Assembly (NCBI RefSeq): GCF_963921235.1
Contig: NC_086108.1
Span: 92,258,001-92,322,000, forward strand
Direction: 5' to 3'
From: Mobula hypostoma
Lineage: Eukaryota
Length of the DNA stretch: 64,000 nucleotides
The notes below the pieces were generated by a model. That model did no database searches. It was not told the origin of the DNA and worked only from the letters and a program-made list of their open reading frames with translations. Position numbers and translations under genes: made by a program. Shown here one piece after another: positions 1 through 10,850 of this stretch. How positions within the stretch are numbered: the first letter of the stretch is position 1; each line of letters begins with the position of its first letter.

Positions 1-425
1 GCGATATTTGATTCTGCGCTTCCCGCTCCCTGGAGTACAAATTGATAGTAAATAGTAAAAATTTAAATTATAAATCATAAACAGAAAATAGCAAAGGGAA
101 AGTAAGGTAGTGCAAAAAAAACTGAGAGGCGGGTCCGGATATTTGGAGATATATGGCCCAGATCCGGGTCAGGATCCGTTCAGCAGTCTTATCACAGTTC
201 GAAAGAAGCTGTTCCCAAATCTGGCCGTACTAGTCTTCAAGCTCCTGAGCCTTCTCCCGGAGGGAAGAGGGAAGAAAAGTGTGTTGGCTGGGTGGGTCGT
301 GTCCTTGATTATCCTGGCAGCACTGCTCCGACAGCGTGCAGTGTAAAGTGAGTCCACGGACGGAAGATTGGTTTGTATGATGTGCTGGGCTGTGTTCACG
401 ATCTTCTGCAGCTTCTTCTGGTCTT
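1..425 (-). mobile_element. Rex1/L2-type non-LTR retrotransposon, 3' fragment
   Basis: Minus ORF 169-399 reads ARIIKDTTHPANTLFFPLPSGRRLRSLKTSTARFGNSFFRTVIRLLN, the C-terminal motif typical of fish Rex1/Babar/L2-like ORF2. Confidence 0.85.
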
Positions 426-427
426 GG

Positions 428-597
428 ACAGGACATTTTCAACATTTAAGAGAAATCGGGGTAAGTGCCTGCTGAGAGGGGTATTGAGGGCTTGGGTTTG
501 GGTGAAGGCCAATTGGACTAGGCAAAATAATATTTTGACATGGACTAGATGGGCCGAAGGGCTTGTTTTTGTCCAACAGTACTCTATGACTATGACT
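428..597 (+). mobile_element. CR1 LINE 3' tail fragment
   Basis: acatttaagaga...gatgggccgaagggcttgtt...ctctatgactatgac, the same tail type as other CR1 ends in the window. Confidence 0.7.
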
Positions 598-1645
598 TTA
601 AAGTGTTGTCGGGGGCATTTAACCAATAAAGGATGGAGCTTTTGCAGCATCGCATCTTCATGTTGGAAGAGAGCAGGGATTGAACAAGAATGGGAAGGAG
701 TATTCTGAGAGGGCTAAACAGCAGAACTGGAGGAGCTTTTTCAAAGACAGAGAAAAGAAGAGGCAAAGCGAGGACGAAGAGTATTCCAGAAGTATTCTGA
801 CCAGTGTACCACTGATCAATGTCATAGTTTCTAAGAGTTTTATACGGTGCCGACTATACATCTTATCTATTAACTTATTTAAAATAATTACTTCACCAAA
901 TTGGAAATGGGTCAATTACTCACATAACCACTTCCAAATCTCTGTGCAAATTCATTCCATTCCTATAATATCCCCACTGTTTAATCTACTTGTATTGCTT
1001 TGTACTCATCTATATAAACCTGCATCTTCCTGTATCTACTCAGTTGCCCAATTAATTTAGTCCTACACCTACGGCACATTCTCTCCTTCCAGACTGAATC
1101 TCAGGGTAACATATGGTGACATATAAGTAAATTGATAAGAAGTCTACTTTGAACTTTGAATCTGTGTCAGTCAATTTGATCCATTTAAAACTGTATTGCA
1201 CAGGCCTGGTATATTATTCAGAAACCAGTTTAGAAATTTAAAACAAATTACACAGCATCTATATTTATATAGGGCAACCTTCACTAATCTGACTATCTGT
1301 AGTCCAGTTCCTTCGATAATCCGCACTGATTTCAAATTTTCCGTGCAACTGTAATTTCAAATTTTCCGGGCCACCGTACCAATCTGCTGCGCATTGTTTT
1401 GGTTGTGCTAGATCTGTTCACGTGTTGGTGAGCCCTTGTAAGCACAGACAGGTGATTTCTGCTTGTTTTCCTGCATTTATTGATATCATTTGCGTGAGGC
1501 GCAGCTGCCCAGCACCCGCCCATCTCACCCGCCAACAGCTGGGGTGCTGGCGCGCTCTGGGTCCATCCGCCTTCTTGCCCGCCTGCCGGCAGTCGCGCAC
1601 TAACCTCCAGCGTCGCCCAGCCGGCGCTCCGTTCTCTTCTGCCTA

Positions 1646-1731
1646 CGACCTCAGGTCAGACGTGGTGACCCGCTGAACTTAAGCATATTACTAAGCAGAG
1701 GAAAAGAAGCTAACGAGGATTCCTTCAGTAA
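1646..1731 (+). pseudogene. 28S rRNA 5'-end fragment (dispersed, non-functional), preceded by GC-rich ITS2-like sequence ~1490-1645
   Basis: CGACCTCAGGTCAGACGTGGTGACCCGCTGAACTTAAGCATATTACTAAGCAGAGGAAAAGAAGCTAACGAGGATTCCTTCAGTAA matches the conserved start of eukaryotic LSU rRNA with a few substitutions. Confidence 0.92.
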
Positions 1732-1842
1732 TCTGTGCCTATACAATATATTACTTTATTAAAATTTCACTTGCTACTCATTTAATACTTCTGTTTCATT
1801 ATTATCTAACTTGTACTGATTTACATGAGTCACCTCTTTCTC

Positions 1843-2190
1843 CCTTATTAGGAGAGAGAGAGCCTACAGCATGTCGAACTATCGGGTGAACAATGTAGTC
1901 TTTGGGGTAACTGCAAGTCTGTGTCTTTGCTATTGCTTTTCTCACACTTGAGTGCTGGTAGTGAGTGTGTTTTATTTGTGGCCAGTGGGGAGGGGGGATT
2001 GTTGCTCGCTGCTGCTTACGCGCTGGAGGGAGGGAAGCGGGGGGTGGGGAACTTAGGGGTTCTAACATTTAACTGTCGTTCATTCTTTGGGGCACACCTC
2101 TATTTTCATGGACGGTTGCGAAGAAAAAGCATTTCAGGATGTATATTGTATACATTTCTCTGACATTAAATGAACCTTTGAATCCTTTGA
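1843..2190 (+). mobile_element. Non-autonomous non-LTR element 3' part with (gaaccttt)n-like tail, nested in the Tigger-like element
   Basis: Ends attaaatgaacctttgaatcctttga. Reverse-complement homologue at 29693-30075. Truncated near the (GA)n tract. Confidence 0.7.
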
Positions 2191-2589
2191 TATTTTAAGG
2201 GTATGATGAGGCGCTTAGCTATTGCTTAACGTGATCCTTCTGAAATTCGGCACTTTCACTAATCCGGCACTCCTCAAGTCCCAACGGTGCCAGATTATAG
2301 AAGTTTGACCTGAATATATATAAAGAAATCAGCAAGCCTAAGCTGACCAAACGTCTAAGATGGCCAGTCATTGGGTGACTTTTAAAGAAGCAGGGATTGC
2401 TCCTCAGATTACAAGAGATGAGTGGGAGTTTGCCGTTGTTCTTTGTTTTTACTGCAGGTAATGGAACCCTCAAATAAAAATAGATTGTACTCAACATGCT
2501 GAACAGATCAGGCAGTATCTCTGGAGAGAGAAGTGGAAGCAACAATAATTTCAATTAAAAGTGGTTTCAAAAGAAAGAATGGAGAAGAA

Positions 2590-2992
2590 AATATTAGCCT
2601 CCATATTATCCAAGACATCTTCAAGGATCGATGTCTTAAAAAGACGGCATCCATCATTAAGGGCCCCCTTCATCCAGAGGGCATTTAACCAATGTCCTCA
2701 TTGGTTAATGCCTTGTTCTCATTGCTACCATGCGGAAGGAGGTACAGAAACCTGGAGGCACGCACTCAATAATTCAGGAGTAGCTTCTTCTCCTCTGCCA
2801 TTTGATTTCTGAATGAGCATTGAACCCATAAACACTACCTCACGACTTCTTTATTTCTATTTTTGCACTACCTATTTAATTCAACTATTTAATATATGTC
2901 TATATATTTATATATGTGTTGCAATGTACCACTGCCGCAAAGACAATGAATTTCACAACATATGTCGGTAATATGCTGATTCCGATTCTGAT
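2590..2992 (+). mobile_element. Rex1/L2-type LINE 3' fragment
   Basis: gacatcttcaagga...aagacggcatccatcattaagg...ctctgccatttgatttctgaatg, AT-rich UTR and (attctg)n tail; paralogous to 57003-57520. Confidence 0.75.
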
Positions 2993-3109
2993 TGGAATTC
3001 TGAAGTTTCCAAAGGAAATGTTTACTGGAACAGCTACTGGGAAAGTGCAGTGCAGGTATTCACTAATTTGCAAAGTACTAATGAGGTAGATATGAGGTTA
3101 AGAATCCAT

Positions 3110-3500
3110 TTTATAACAATGGCATTGAAGCCGTCCTTTCAGGCGATACATGCTTTCAGGCTTCTGTATCATCTGATTGCAGGAGGAGGAAGAAGAGAGA
3201 GAATATCTAGAGTGGGTAGTGTCTTTGATTATGTTGTCTACTTCACTGAAGCAGTGAGAATCTCAGCAGAGTCCATAGAGGAGTGGCTGGTTTCCATACG
3301 TGCTGAACTTTGTCCGCAACTCTTTGCAGTTTGTTGCAGTCACGGGCAGAGCAATCGCTGTATCAAGCTATGATGCATCCAGACAGAATGCTCCCTATGG
3401 TGCTTTAATAAAAATTAGACAAGGTCAGCAGGGGACATGCTAAACTTTTATAGCCTCCTGAGCAAGTAGAAGTACTGATGAGATTTCTTGGCCATGGCAT
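3110..3500 (-). mobile_element. Degenerate Rex1/L2-type LINE fragment
   Basis: ttcaggcttctgtatc...tccagacagaatgctccctatggtg...tttagcctcctgagcaagtag, the reverse of the RT C-terminal region. Confidence 0.6.
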
Positions 3501-3898
3501 TTTTGGCCAAAGGAAATTAAAACTCTCAGAAACAGTTAGCTAGAAAAAGTCAAGGACAATGGATGAATGGATACCTCAAATGCCTTTAATTTGCCCATGT
3601 ACTGGAGGGTTTCATTTTGTGAGACTATTCTTGTGACCACTGTTCTGTGAGCTAGTTTCTGAATTAACTCTTTCTGGATTTAAGAAATTGAAAGTGGACA
3701 CAATGACGTGCGATAGATAATCTGCCAAATTGGGAATCATTTCCAAATATGGGATGCTGTTCAATAAGGTAGAAGAATCAGCTCAGGTTTACTTCTGTCC
3801 GTGAACTGAAATAACCTGAGCCTAGTGTCTGACTTGAACTGGATGCAATTGCTTTACCGTGGTCTAATTTTGGGGAACAAAACAAAGGAATGATATCA

Positions 3899-4365
3899 CG
3901 CAAACACGAGGAAATCTGCAGATGCTGGAATTTCAAGCAACACATATAAAAGTTGCTGGTGAATGCAGCAGGCCAGGCAGCATCTATAGGAAGAGGTACA
4001 GTCGATGTTTCGGGCCGAGACCCTTCATCAGGACTAACTGAAAGAAGAGATAGTAAGAGATTTGAAAGTGGGAGGGGGAGGGGGAGATCCGAAATGGTAG
4101 GAGAAGACAGGAGGAGGAGGGATGGAGCCAAGAGCTGGACAGTTGATTGGCAAAAGGGATATGAGAGGATCATGGGATGGGAGGCCTAGGGAGAAAGAAA
4201 GGGGGAGGGGGGAAGCCCAGGGGATGGGCAAGGGGTATAGTGAAAGGGACAGAGGGAAAAAAAGGAAAATTAATAATAATAAATAACGGATGGGGTACGA
4301 GGGGGAGGTGGGGCATTAACGGAAATTAGAGAAGTCAATGTTCATACCATCAGGTTGGAGGCTAC
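3899..4365 (-). mobile_element. Penelope-like element 3' end
   Basis: Reverse complement of ~5840-6320; encodes the last GIY-YIG residues GSLQPDGMNIDFSNFR*. Confidence 0.9.
4000..4035 (-). ncRNA. Minimal hammerhead ribozyme motif (Penelope-associated)
   Basis: rc reads AGTC-CTGATGA-A-GGGTCTCGGCCC-GAAA-CATC-GACT. Confidence 0.7.
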
Positions 4366-4380
4366 CTTTCTTTCTCCCTA

Positions 4381-5244
4381 GGCCAAAAAGTTCTGTTTTA
4401 ACTTCATCAGTCCACAGGACTTGTTTCCAAAATGCATCAGGCTTGTTTAGATGTTCCTTTGAATCCTTTGAATAGAACATTTTGGCTGCAATGAGCAAAG
4501 GTATGTTTGGAGAAAAAAGGGTGCAGAATTTCATGGAAAGAACCCCTCTCCAACTGTTAAGCACAGGGGTGGATCGATCATGCTTTGGGCTTGTGTTGCA
4601 GCCAGTGGCACGGGGAACATTTACTGGTAGAGGGAAGAATTAATTCAATTAAATACCAGCAAATTCCGGAAGCAAACATCACACCATCTATGAAAAAGCC
4701 AAATATGAAAAGAGAATGGCTTCTACAACAGGATAATGAACCTAAACACACCTCAAAATCCACAATGGACTACTGCAAGAGGTGCAAGCTGAAGGCTTTG
4801 CCATGGCCCTCACAGTCCCCCGACCTAAACATCATCGAGAATCTGTGGATAGACCTCAAAAGAGCAGTGCATGCAAGACGGCCCAAGAATCTCACAGAAC
4901 TAGAGGCCTTTTGCAAGGAAGAATGGGCGAAAATGCCCCAAACAAGAATTGGAAGACTCTTAGCTGGCTACAAAAAGCACTTACAAGCTGTGATACTTGC
5001 CAAAGGGGGTGTTACTAAGTACTGCCATGCAGGGTGCCCAAACTTTTGCTTCGGGCCCTTTTCCTTTTTTGTTATTTTGAAGCTGTAAAAGATGGAAATA
5101 AAAAAAGTTTTCTTGCTTAAAATATTAAAGAAATGTGTCATCTTTAACTTTATGCCTTTTGGAAATCAGTTCATCTTTTACTCGCTTAGCTATTCACAGT
5201 AACAGAAATTTTGACCAGGGTGCCCAAACTTTTGCATGCCACTG
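4381..5244 (+). mobile_element. Tc1 (DD34E, IR/DR type) transposon, left-truncated, with an inverted segment 4381-4460
   Basis: ORF 4585-5088 has QQDNEPKH..WPSQSPDLNIIENLW (D-34-E). The first catalytic motif VLWTDE is on the minus strand at ~4400-4420. Right end gggtgcccaaacttttgcatgccactg+TA, with an inner direct repeat at ~5032-5049. Confidence 0.92.
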
Positions 5245-5245
5245 T

Positions 5246-5387
5246 ATATTATTTCTGCTTTTTGCAGGATTTTTAATCTATTCAATATGCGTAAACTGTA
5301 ATTGATTTACTTATTTATTTATTTATTATTATTTTTCTTCTTCTATATTATGTATTGCATTGAACTGATGCTGCTAAGTTAACAATT
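5246..5387 (+). mobile_element. Rex1/L2-type 3' UTR, interrupted by a Penelope insertion (tail resumes 6321-6356)
   Basis: tgtattgcattgaactgatgctgctaagttaacaattt ... cggtaataataaagctgattctgattctgattctga. Confidence 0.7.
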
Positions 5388-6320
5388 TTCCCTCCCCCTG
5401 CCCCTGCTTTCCGCTGGGATCGCTCCCTACGCGACTCCCTTGTCCATTCGTCCCCCCCATCCCTTCCCTCCTGACACTTATCCGTGTAAGCGGAACAAGT
5501 GCTACACATGTCCTTACACTTCCTCTCTTACCACCATTCAGAGCCCCAAACAGTCCTTCCAGGTGAGACAACACTTCACCTGTGAGTCGGCTGGGGTGAT
5601 ATACTGCGTCCGGTGCTCCCGATGTGGCCTTCTATATATTGGTGAGATCCGACGCAGACTGGGAGACCGCTTTGCTGAACACCTACACTCTGTCCGCCAG
5701 AGAAAGCAGGATCTCCCAGTGGCCACACATTTTAATTCCACATCCCATTCCCATTCTGACATGTCTATCCACGGCCTCCTCTACTGTAAAGATGAAGCCA
5801 CACTCAGGTTGGAGGAACAACACCTTATATTCCATCTGGGTAGCCTCCAACCTGATGGCATGAACATTGACTTCTTTAACTTCCGCTAATGCCCTACCTC
5901 CCCCTCGTACCCCATCCGTTATTTATTTTTATACACACATTCTTTCTCTCACTCTCCTTTTTCTCCCTCTGTCCCTCTGACTATACCCCTTGCCCATCCT
6001 CTGGTTTTCCCCCCTCCCCCTTTCTTTCTCCCTGGGCCTCCTGTCCCATGATCCTCTCATATCCCCTTTGCCAATCACCTGTCCACCTCTTGGCTCCATC
6101 CCTCCCCCTCCTGTCTTCTCCTATCACTTTGGATCTCCCCTTCCCCCTCCCACTTTCAAATCTCTTACTAGCTCTTCTTTCAGTTAGTCCTGACGAAGAG
6201 TCTCGGCCCGAAACGTCGACTGTACCTCTTCCTACAGATGCTGCCTGGCCTGCTGCGTTCACCAGCAACTTTGATGTGTGTTGCTTGAATTTCCAGCATC
6301 AGCAGAATTCCTCGTGTTTC
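5386..6320 (+). mobile_element. Penelope-like element (Neptune-type), 5'-truncated, with GIY-YIG endonuclease coding region
   Basis: ORF 5440-5889: CKRNKCYTC Cys linker, VIYCVRCSRCGLLYIGEIRRRLGDRFAEH GIY-YIG motif, VATHFN; pyrimidine-rich 3' region. Confidence 0.95.
6186..6221 (+). ncRNA. Minimal hammerhead ribozyme motif (Penelope-associated)
   Basis: AGTC-CTGACGA-A-GAGTCTCGGCCC-GAAA-CGTC-GACT: helix I AGTC/GACT, conserved core boxes, palindromic ACGT helix III, GUC triplet. Confidence 0.75.
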
Positions 6321-6494
6321 CGGTAATAATAAAGCTGATTCTGATTCTGATTCTGATCGAGCTGCTACTAGGTAGGAAGGAGACCTACACTATGTAGTCA
6401 TGGAGATTAACTTGCCAACGAGGAGTCGCAGATGGATTATATACAGTAAAAATGAGAGAAGATTGGAAATTTGAAGTAAACCATAACATGGCAC

Positions 6495-6856
6495 AATTCA
6501 GCATAGTACAGGCCCTTCGGCCCACAATGTTGTGCTGAACTTTTAACCTATTTCAATATCAGTCTAACCCTTCCTTCCCACATAACCCTCCATTCTTCCA
6601 TTAGAGAGTTTCCTGAATGTCCCTAACGTACCTGCCTCTATCACCACCCCTGGCAGTGCATACCACACACTCACCATTCTGTGTGTGAATTAAAAATCTA
6701 CCTCTGACATTCCCCCCTACATTTTCCTCCAATCGCCTTAAAATCATGCCCTCTCATATTAGCTACTTCCACCCTAGAGAAAGGGCACTGGCTGTCCTCT
6801 CTTACCTTATACACCTCTATCAAGTCAGCTCTCATCCTCCTTCACTCCAAAGAGCT
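6495..6856 (-). mobile_element. CR1 LINE 3' fragment
   Basis: cagcatagtacaggcccttcggcccacaatgttgtg...cctctgacattccccc...cctctatcaagtca..ctcatcctcc; reverse of the family at 44880-45380. Confidence 0.8.
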
Positions 6857-7773
6857 AAAGTTGAAGAAGTTTTCTATTTTGGTGTAACCCTGACATGTAT
6901 AAGATCTCCCATTCCCTTTCATAGAGAAGGAGCAGGTAATTCGTTTGTAAACCCCAGCATCTTCAAAGCATTAACTCTGCATTAAATCCAAATCTCAGTC
7001 TGTGACTCAATCGTGGAAAATGTGTAATTCCTTCAAATACCTTGTTAATCGTTGTTTGGTGTGATACTTTATGATATGAACACTTGAGTGTGGTGATAGT
7101 GCTGGGATTAGGTGGAAAAGAATGAGTGTAGACCTGGACGGACCATAACCAATTTGAAGAGCCATCTGCACAGAACGTGCCTCTCCTGTACTGTGCATGT
7201 TGTGGTATAAATATGTGGATACCATATTGCCTCAAACAAAGTTTGGCATAAATAAATAAAATAAGTAAATACATTTATTTTCACCAATATTTGGCGAATA
7301 GTGCTATTTTTGAGGAAGAGGAGAAAGTGCAGTCTTCATGCCACTGACCGAACGGAGTAAATGATTCATGGTTTTCCTATGTCTGTTGCTTTAGTAATAC
7401 GTTACCTTTTCCCACAGGATGTCATCAGTGGTCAATCATTCACAATCCAGAAAAATATAAATAGGTTGTAGCAAAGTTGTGAGGTGAGCTGAGAGAGGAA
7501 TTAGATCAGCAGAAGGGGACCACAGCAAACTGCTCTGCGCCCCTAAAATCCACAAATTGCATTTCTAAACAATGTCGTGTTTCACAAGCACAGCTTGTTT
7601 GCAATTGCCCTTCATCATCTAGCATATTAATGAGACCCCTATTATTATTTTTTTCTCTCAGCTGAAGCTGGTAAAACCTGAGGTACGGGCATAGCCAAGT
7701 GCACTCATTTCTCAATTACTAGGAACTTTTGGACTATTCTAGTGGTGTTTAGTATTGAGGCTTTCTGAATATT

Positions 7774-8142
7774 TACGAGGAGTGATTGACATGTTCGTGG
7801 CCTGAGGTGGAAGGAGTCAATTTTAGAAAACCTAGCACACTTATTTCTCAACATAGTCCCCTCCTACATTTACACACTTAGTCCAGCGGTTGTGGAGCAT
7901 ACAGATCTTGGACCTCCAGAAAGTGTCTGCCGCAGGGGCGATTGATAAGTTTGTGGCCTAAGGTAGAAGGAGATGAGTTATACAGCTCTCGTTACATGCA
8001 CATGCAGGTCAACTCTTTCAGTGATTACGCAGAAAGCTTGAAGTTAATAACTCATCTCTTTCTACTGTAGGCTACAAACTTATCAATCACCCCTGATTAG
8101 TTATTAACCGATGAGTTATTAACTTCAAACTTTCTGCATGAT
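7774..8142. mobile_element. mariner-like MITE with reiterated terminal repeats
   Basis: TACGAGGAGTGATTGACATGTTCGTGGCC at 7774, a same-orientation copy at ~7933 and an inverted copy ...ggctacaaacttatcaatcacccctg ending ~8095. Confidence 0.7.
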
Positions 8143-9257
8143 CTCTAGTGTCTAGTACCTAGTGTCTAATGAAGGGATTATTGGTAAAACCAACAGCTAT
8201 GTTTAGGCCTTAATTGTCCTTGAGAATGTGACAGTGGGTTTTGCTTCCTAAATTGCTGCAATTCTTGCTCAGAAGATACTCAAGCAACAGTAGGAATTTC
8301 CAGAAGTCAGACCCAGTTTCAGTGAAGAAACAGCAGTATATTCCCAAGTCAAACTAGTGCGAGGCTTGGAGGAAAACTGGTAGTGTGTGGCCTGTCACCT
8401 ATTATGCTTTCATAGGGCTAAGGTCTTGTTGAAGAAGCTCTGATACATTGCTACAGTGTTTCTTGTTACTGGGGTACATGCAACTCTGATGCAATGTTGG
8501 TGATGAAAACTAATGTTTAGGGTGATGGGTAGAGTGGCAACCAAGAGGATTACTTTGTCTAAAATGGCTCACTGCTGTTTGGATGTTGATTGAGCTGCAC
8601 TCATCCAGGAAAAATACACCTGCCTTGTACAAGGTGGAAAAATGCTGAGGGGTAAGCCATTTGTTGCAGGACACATAGTTTTCAGTCTATATGATCATAC
8701 AAAGTGCATTTCCCAAAAAATGCCAACATTGGCAGAAGAATCTTGAGTTACATAATTCCTAAACCACAAACATAAAGATTAAACACAGAGATAAAAATCA
8801 ATAGTTTAGGAAGAGCTGATTAGCTTTAACAAAATGGCTACACTGTGCCACTAGGATCCCAGCACAAGAATGGGGAGTCCATAACAGAGAACCTACTCTG
8901 AGTACTTGCTCCAGTATCTTGCTCCAGTGAAGATGCCATTTGATATAATCAGGAAACATACTTGGAGCAATAACTGGGATACACACAGCTCACATCAAAC
9001 ACCCTTCCTATGCAGACGCTTGGGATTAAGAAGGACTTGCTTCAATTCCAGTTTTATTTTTCCAGAGTGAGGCCAAAGTGGAAATCACAGACTCTAGCAC
9101 AGATGGGGTAGGTGGTCAATAAATAGTGCACTCCTTCCACCACTTACATCTGGGGCTTCTGTGTTGTCCTGATGCTTAGACTCAAAGTTCTCATTACCAT
9201 CCCAGATGGTTGCCCTCCATTTTTTTTTGGTACTTGGCAAGAGGTTCCAGGTGACAT

Positions 9258-9452
9258 GAGAGGAATTGCAGACACTGCAAATCTGGAGCAACTCACAAAT
9301 GCCTGGAGCAACTCAGCAGGTCAGGCAGTCTCTATAGAGGGAAATATATATGACAGGCATGATGAAGTTTATCAAACCAAAATGGCAACAGTACATTTCC
9401 CTCCATAGGAGGGAAAGGAAGCCTGGTCTACTGAGACCTCCAAGCATTTTGA
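9258..9452. mobile_element. Degenerate fold-back element of two Penelope-type ends
   Basis: aaatgcctggagcaactcagcagg..ctatagagggaaat followed by inverted atttccctccatag..ctgagacctccaagcattttg; decayed hammerhead-like tgatgaag..aaa in the centre. Confidence 0.55.
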
Positions 9453-9539
9453 CAGTTTCTCAGGAGTTAGTGCGGATATTGAATTTCTTCAAAGCCGTTT
9501 TGCAGATTTTCAAGTAGGCAATCGAAAAGATTCAGAGTA

Positions 9540-10850
9540 CAAACACGAGGGAATCTGCAGATGCTGGAATTTCAAGCAACACACATCAAAGTGCTGGTGA
9601 ATGCAGCAGGTCAGGCAGCATCTCTAGGAAGAGGTACAGTCGACGTTTCAGGCCGAGACCCTTCGTCAGGACTAACTGAAAGAAAAGCTAGTAAGAGATT
9701 TGAAAGTAGGTGGGGGAGGGGGAGATCCGAGATGATAGGAGGAGGGGGAGGGATGGAGCTAAGAGCTGGACAGGTGATTGGCAAAGGGGATATGAGAGGA
9801 TCATGGGACAGGAGGCCAAGGGAGAAAGAAAGGGAGAGGGGGAAGCCCAGAGGATGGGCAAGGGGTATAGTCAGAGGGACAGAGGGAGAAAAAGGAGAGA
9901 GAGAAAAAGAATGGGTGTATATAAATAAATAAATAATGGATGGGGTACGAGGGGGAGGTGGGGCATTAGCAGAAGTTTGAGAAGTCAATGTTCATGCCAT
10001 CAAGTTGGAAGCTACCCAGATGGAATATAAGGTGTTGTTCCTCCAACCTGAGTGTGGCTTCATCTTCACAGTAGAGGAGGCCGTGGATAGACATATCAGA
10101 ATGGGAATGGGACGTGGAATTAAAATGTGTGGCCACTGGGAGATCCTGCTTTCTCTGGCAGACAGAGCATAGGTGTTCAGCGAAACAATCTCCCAGTCTG
10201 CGTCGGGTCTCGCCAATATATAGAAGGCCGCATCGGGAGCACCAGACACAGTATATCACCCCAGCTGACTCACAGGTGAAGTGTCGCCTCACCTGGAAGG
10301 ACTGTCTAGGGCCCTGAATGGTGGTGAAGGAGGAAGTGTAAGGGCGTGTGTAACACTTGTTCCGCTTACAAGGGTAAGTGCCAGGAGGGAGATCGGTGGG
10401 GAGGGATGGGGGGGGAATGAATGGACAAGGGAGTCGCGTAGGGAGCGATCCCTGCGGAAAGCAGGGGGGGAGGGAAAGACGTGCTTGGTGGTGGGATCCC
10501 GTTGGAGGTGGCGGAAGTTACGGAGAATTATATGTTGGATCCGGAGGCTGGTGGGGTGGTAGCTGAGGACCAGGGGAACCCTATTCCTAGTGGGGTGGCG
10601 GGAGGATGGAGTGAGAGCAGATGTGCGTGAAATGGGGGAGATGCGTTTGAGAGCAGAGTTGATGGTGGAGGAAGGGAAGCCCCTTTCTTTAAAAAATGCG
10701 GACATCTCCTTCGTCCTGGAATGAAAAGCCTCATCCTGACAGCAGATGCGGCGGAGACGGGGGAATTGCGAGAAGGAGATGGCATTTTTACAAGACAGGG
10801 TGAGAAGAGGAATAGTCCAGATAGCTGTGAGAGTCAGTAGGCTTATAGTA
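9540..10850 (-). mobile_element. Penelope-like element, 5'-truncated (left arm of inverted pair)
   Basis: Minus ORFs 9966-10292 (GIY-YIG) and 10289-10927 (SQFPRLRRICC..FFKERGFP..VPLVLSYHP, RT thumb/linker region). Confidence 0.95.
9638..9673 (-). ncRNA. Minimal hammerhead ribozyme motif (Penelope-associated)
   Basis: rc reads AGTC-CTGACGA-A-GGGTCTCGGCCT-GAAA-CGTC-GACT; core intact. Confidence 0.75.

Larger units (their letters stand above)
1270..2312. mobile_element. Tigger/pogo-like non-autonomous DNA transposon
   Basis: Imperfect 22-bp TIRs (left TAGGGCAACCTTCACTAATCTG; right rc CAGGTCAAACTTCTATAATCTG, 17/22). TA precedes the left end. Subterminal TAATCCG(G)CAC-like repeats near 1318, 2244, 2260 and 2286. 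Confidence 0.7.

Noticed and set aside
680..1060. 126-aa ORF with a charged N-terminus
   Set aside because: Starts at TTG, has no recognisable domain or splice structure, and its 3' half is ordinary AT-rich sequence
1646..1731. Functional rRNA gene
   Set aside because: Only 86 nt of 28S, with substitutions in conserved positions, no 5.8S/18S nearby, and embedded in a transposon
4585..5088. Active or domesticated Tc1 transposase
   Set aside because: DNA-binding domain and left TIR are missing, the first catalytic Asp is on an inverted fragment, and there are frameshifts upstream
5440..5889. Stand-alone GIY-YIG nuclease gene
   Set aside because: It is the 3' part of a truncated Penelope ORF with two further paralogous copies in the window; no ATG start
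5889..6326. Recurring Pro/Leu/Ser-rich ORFs (also 3778-4173, 9611-9988)
   Set aside because: Incidental open frames in the low-complexity Penelope 3' region
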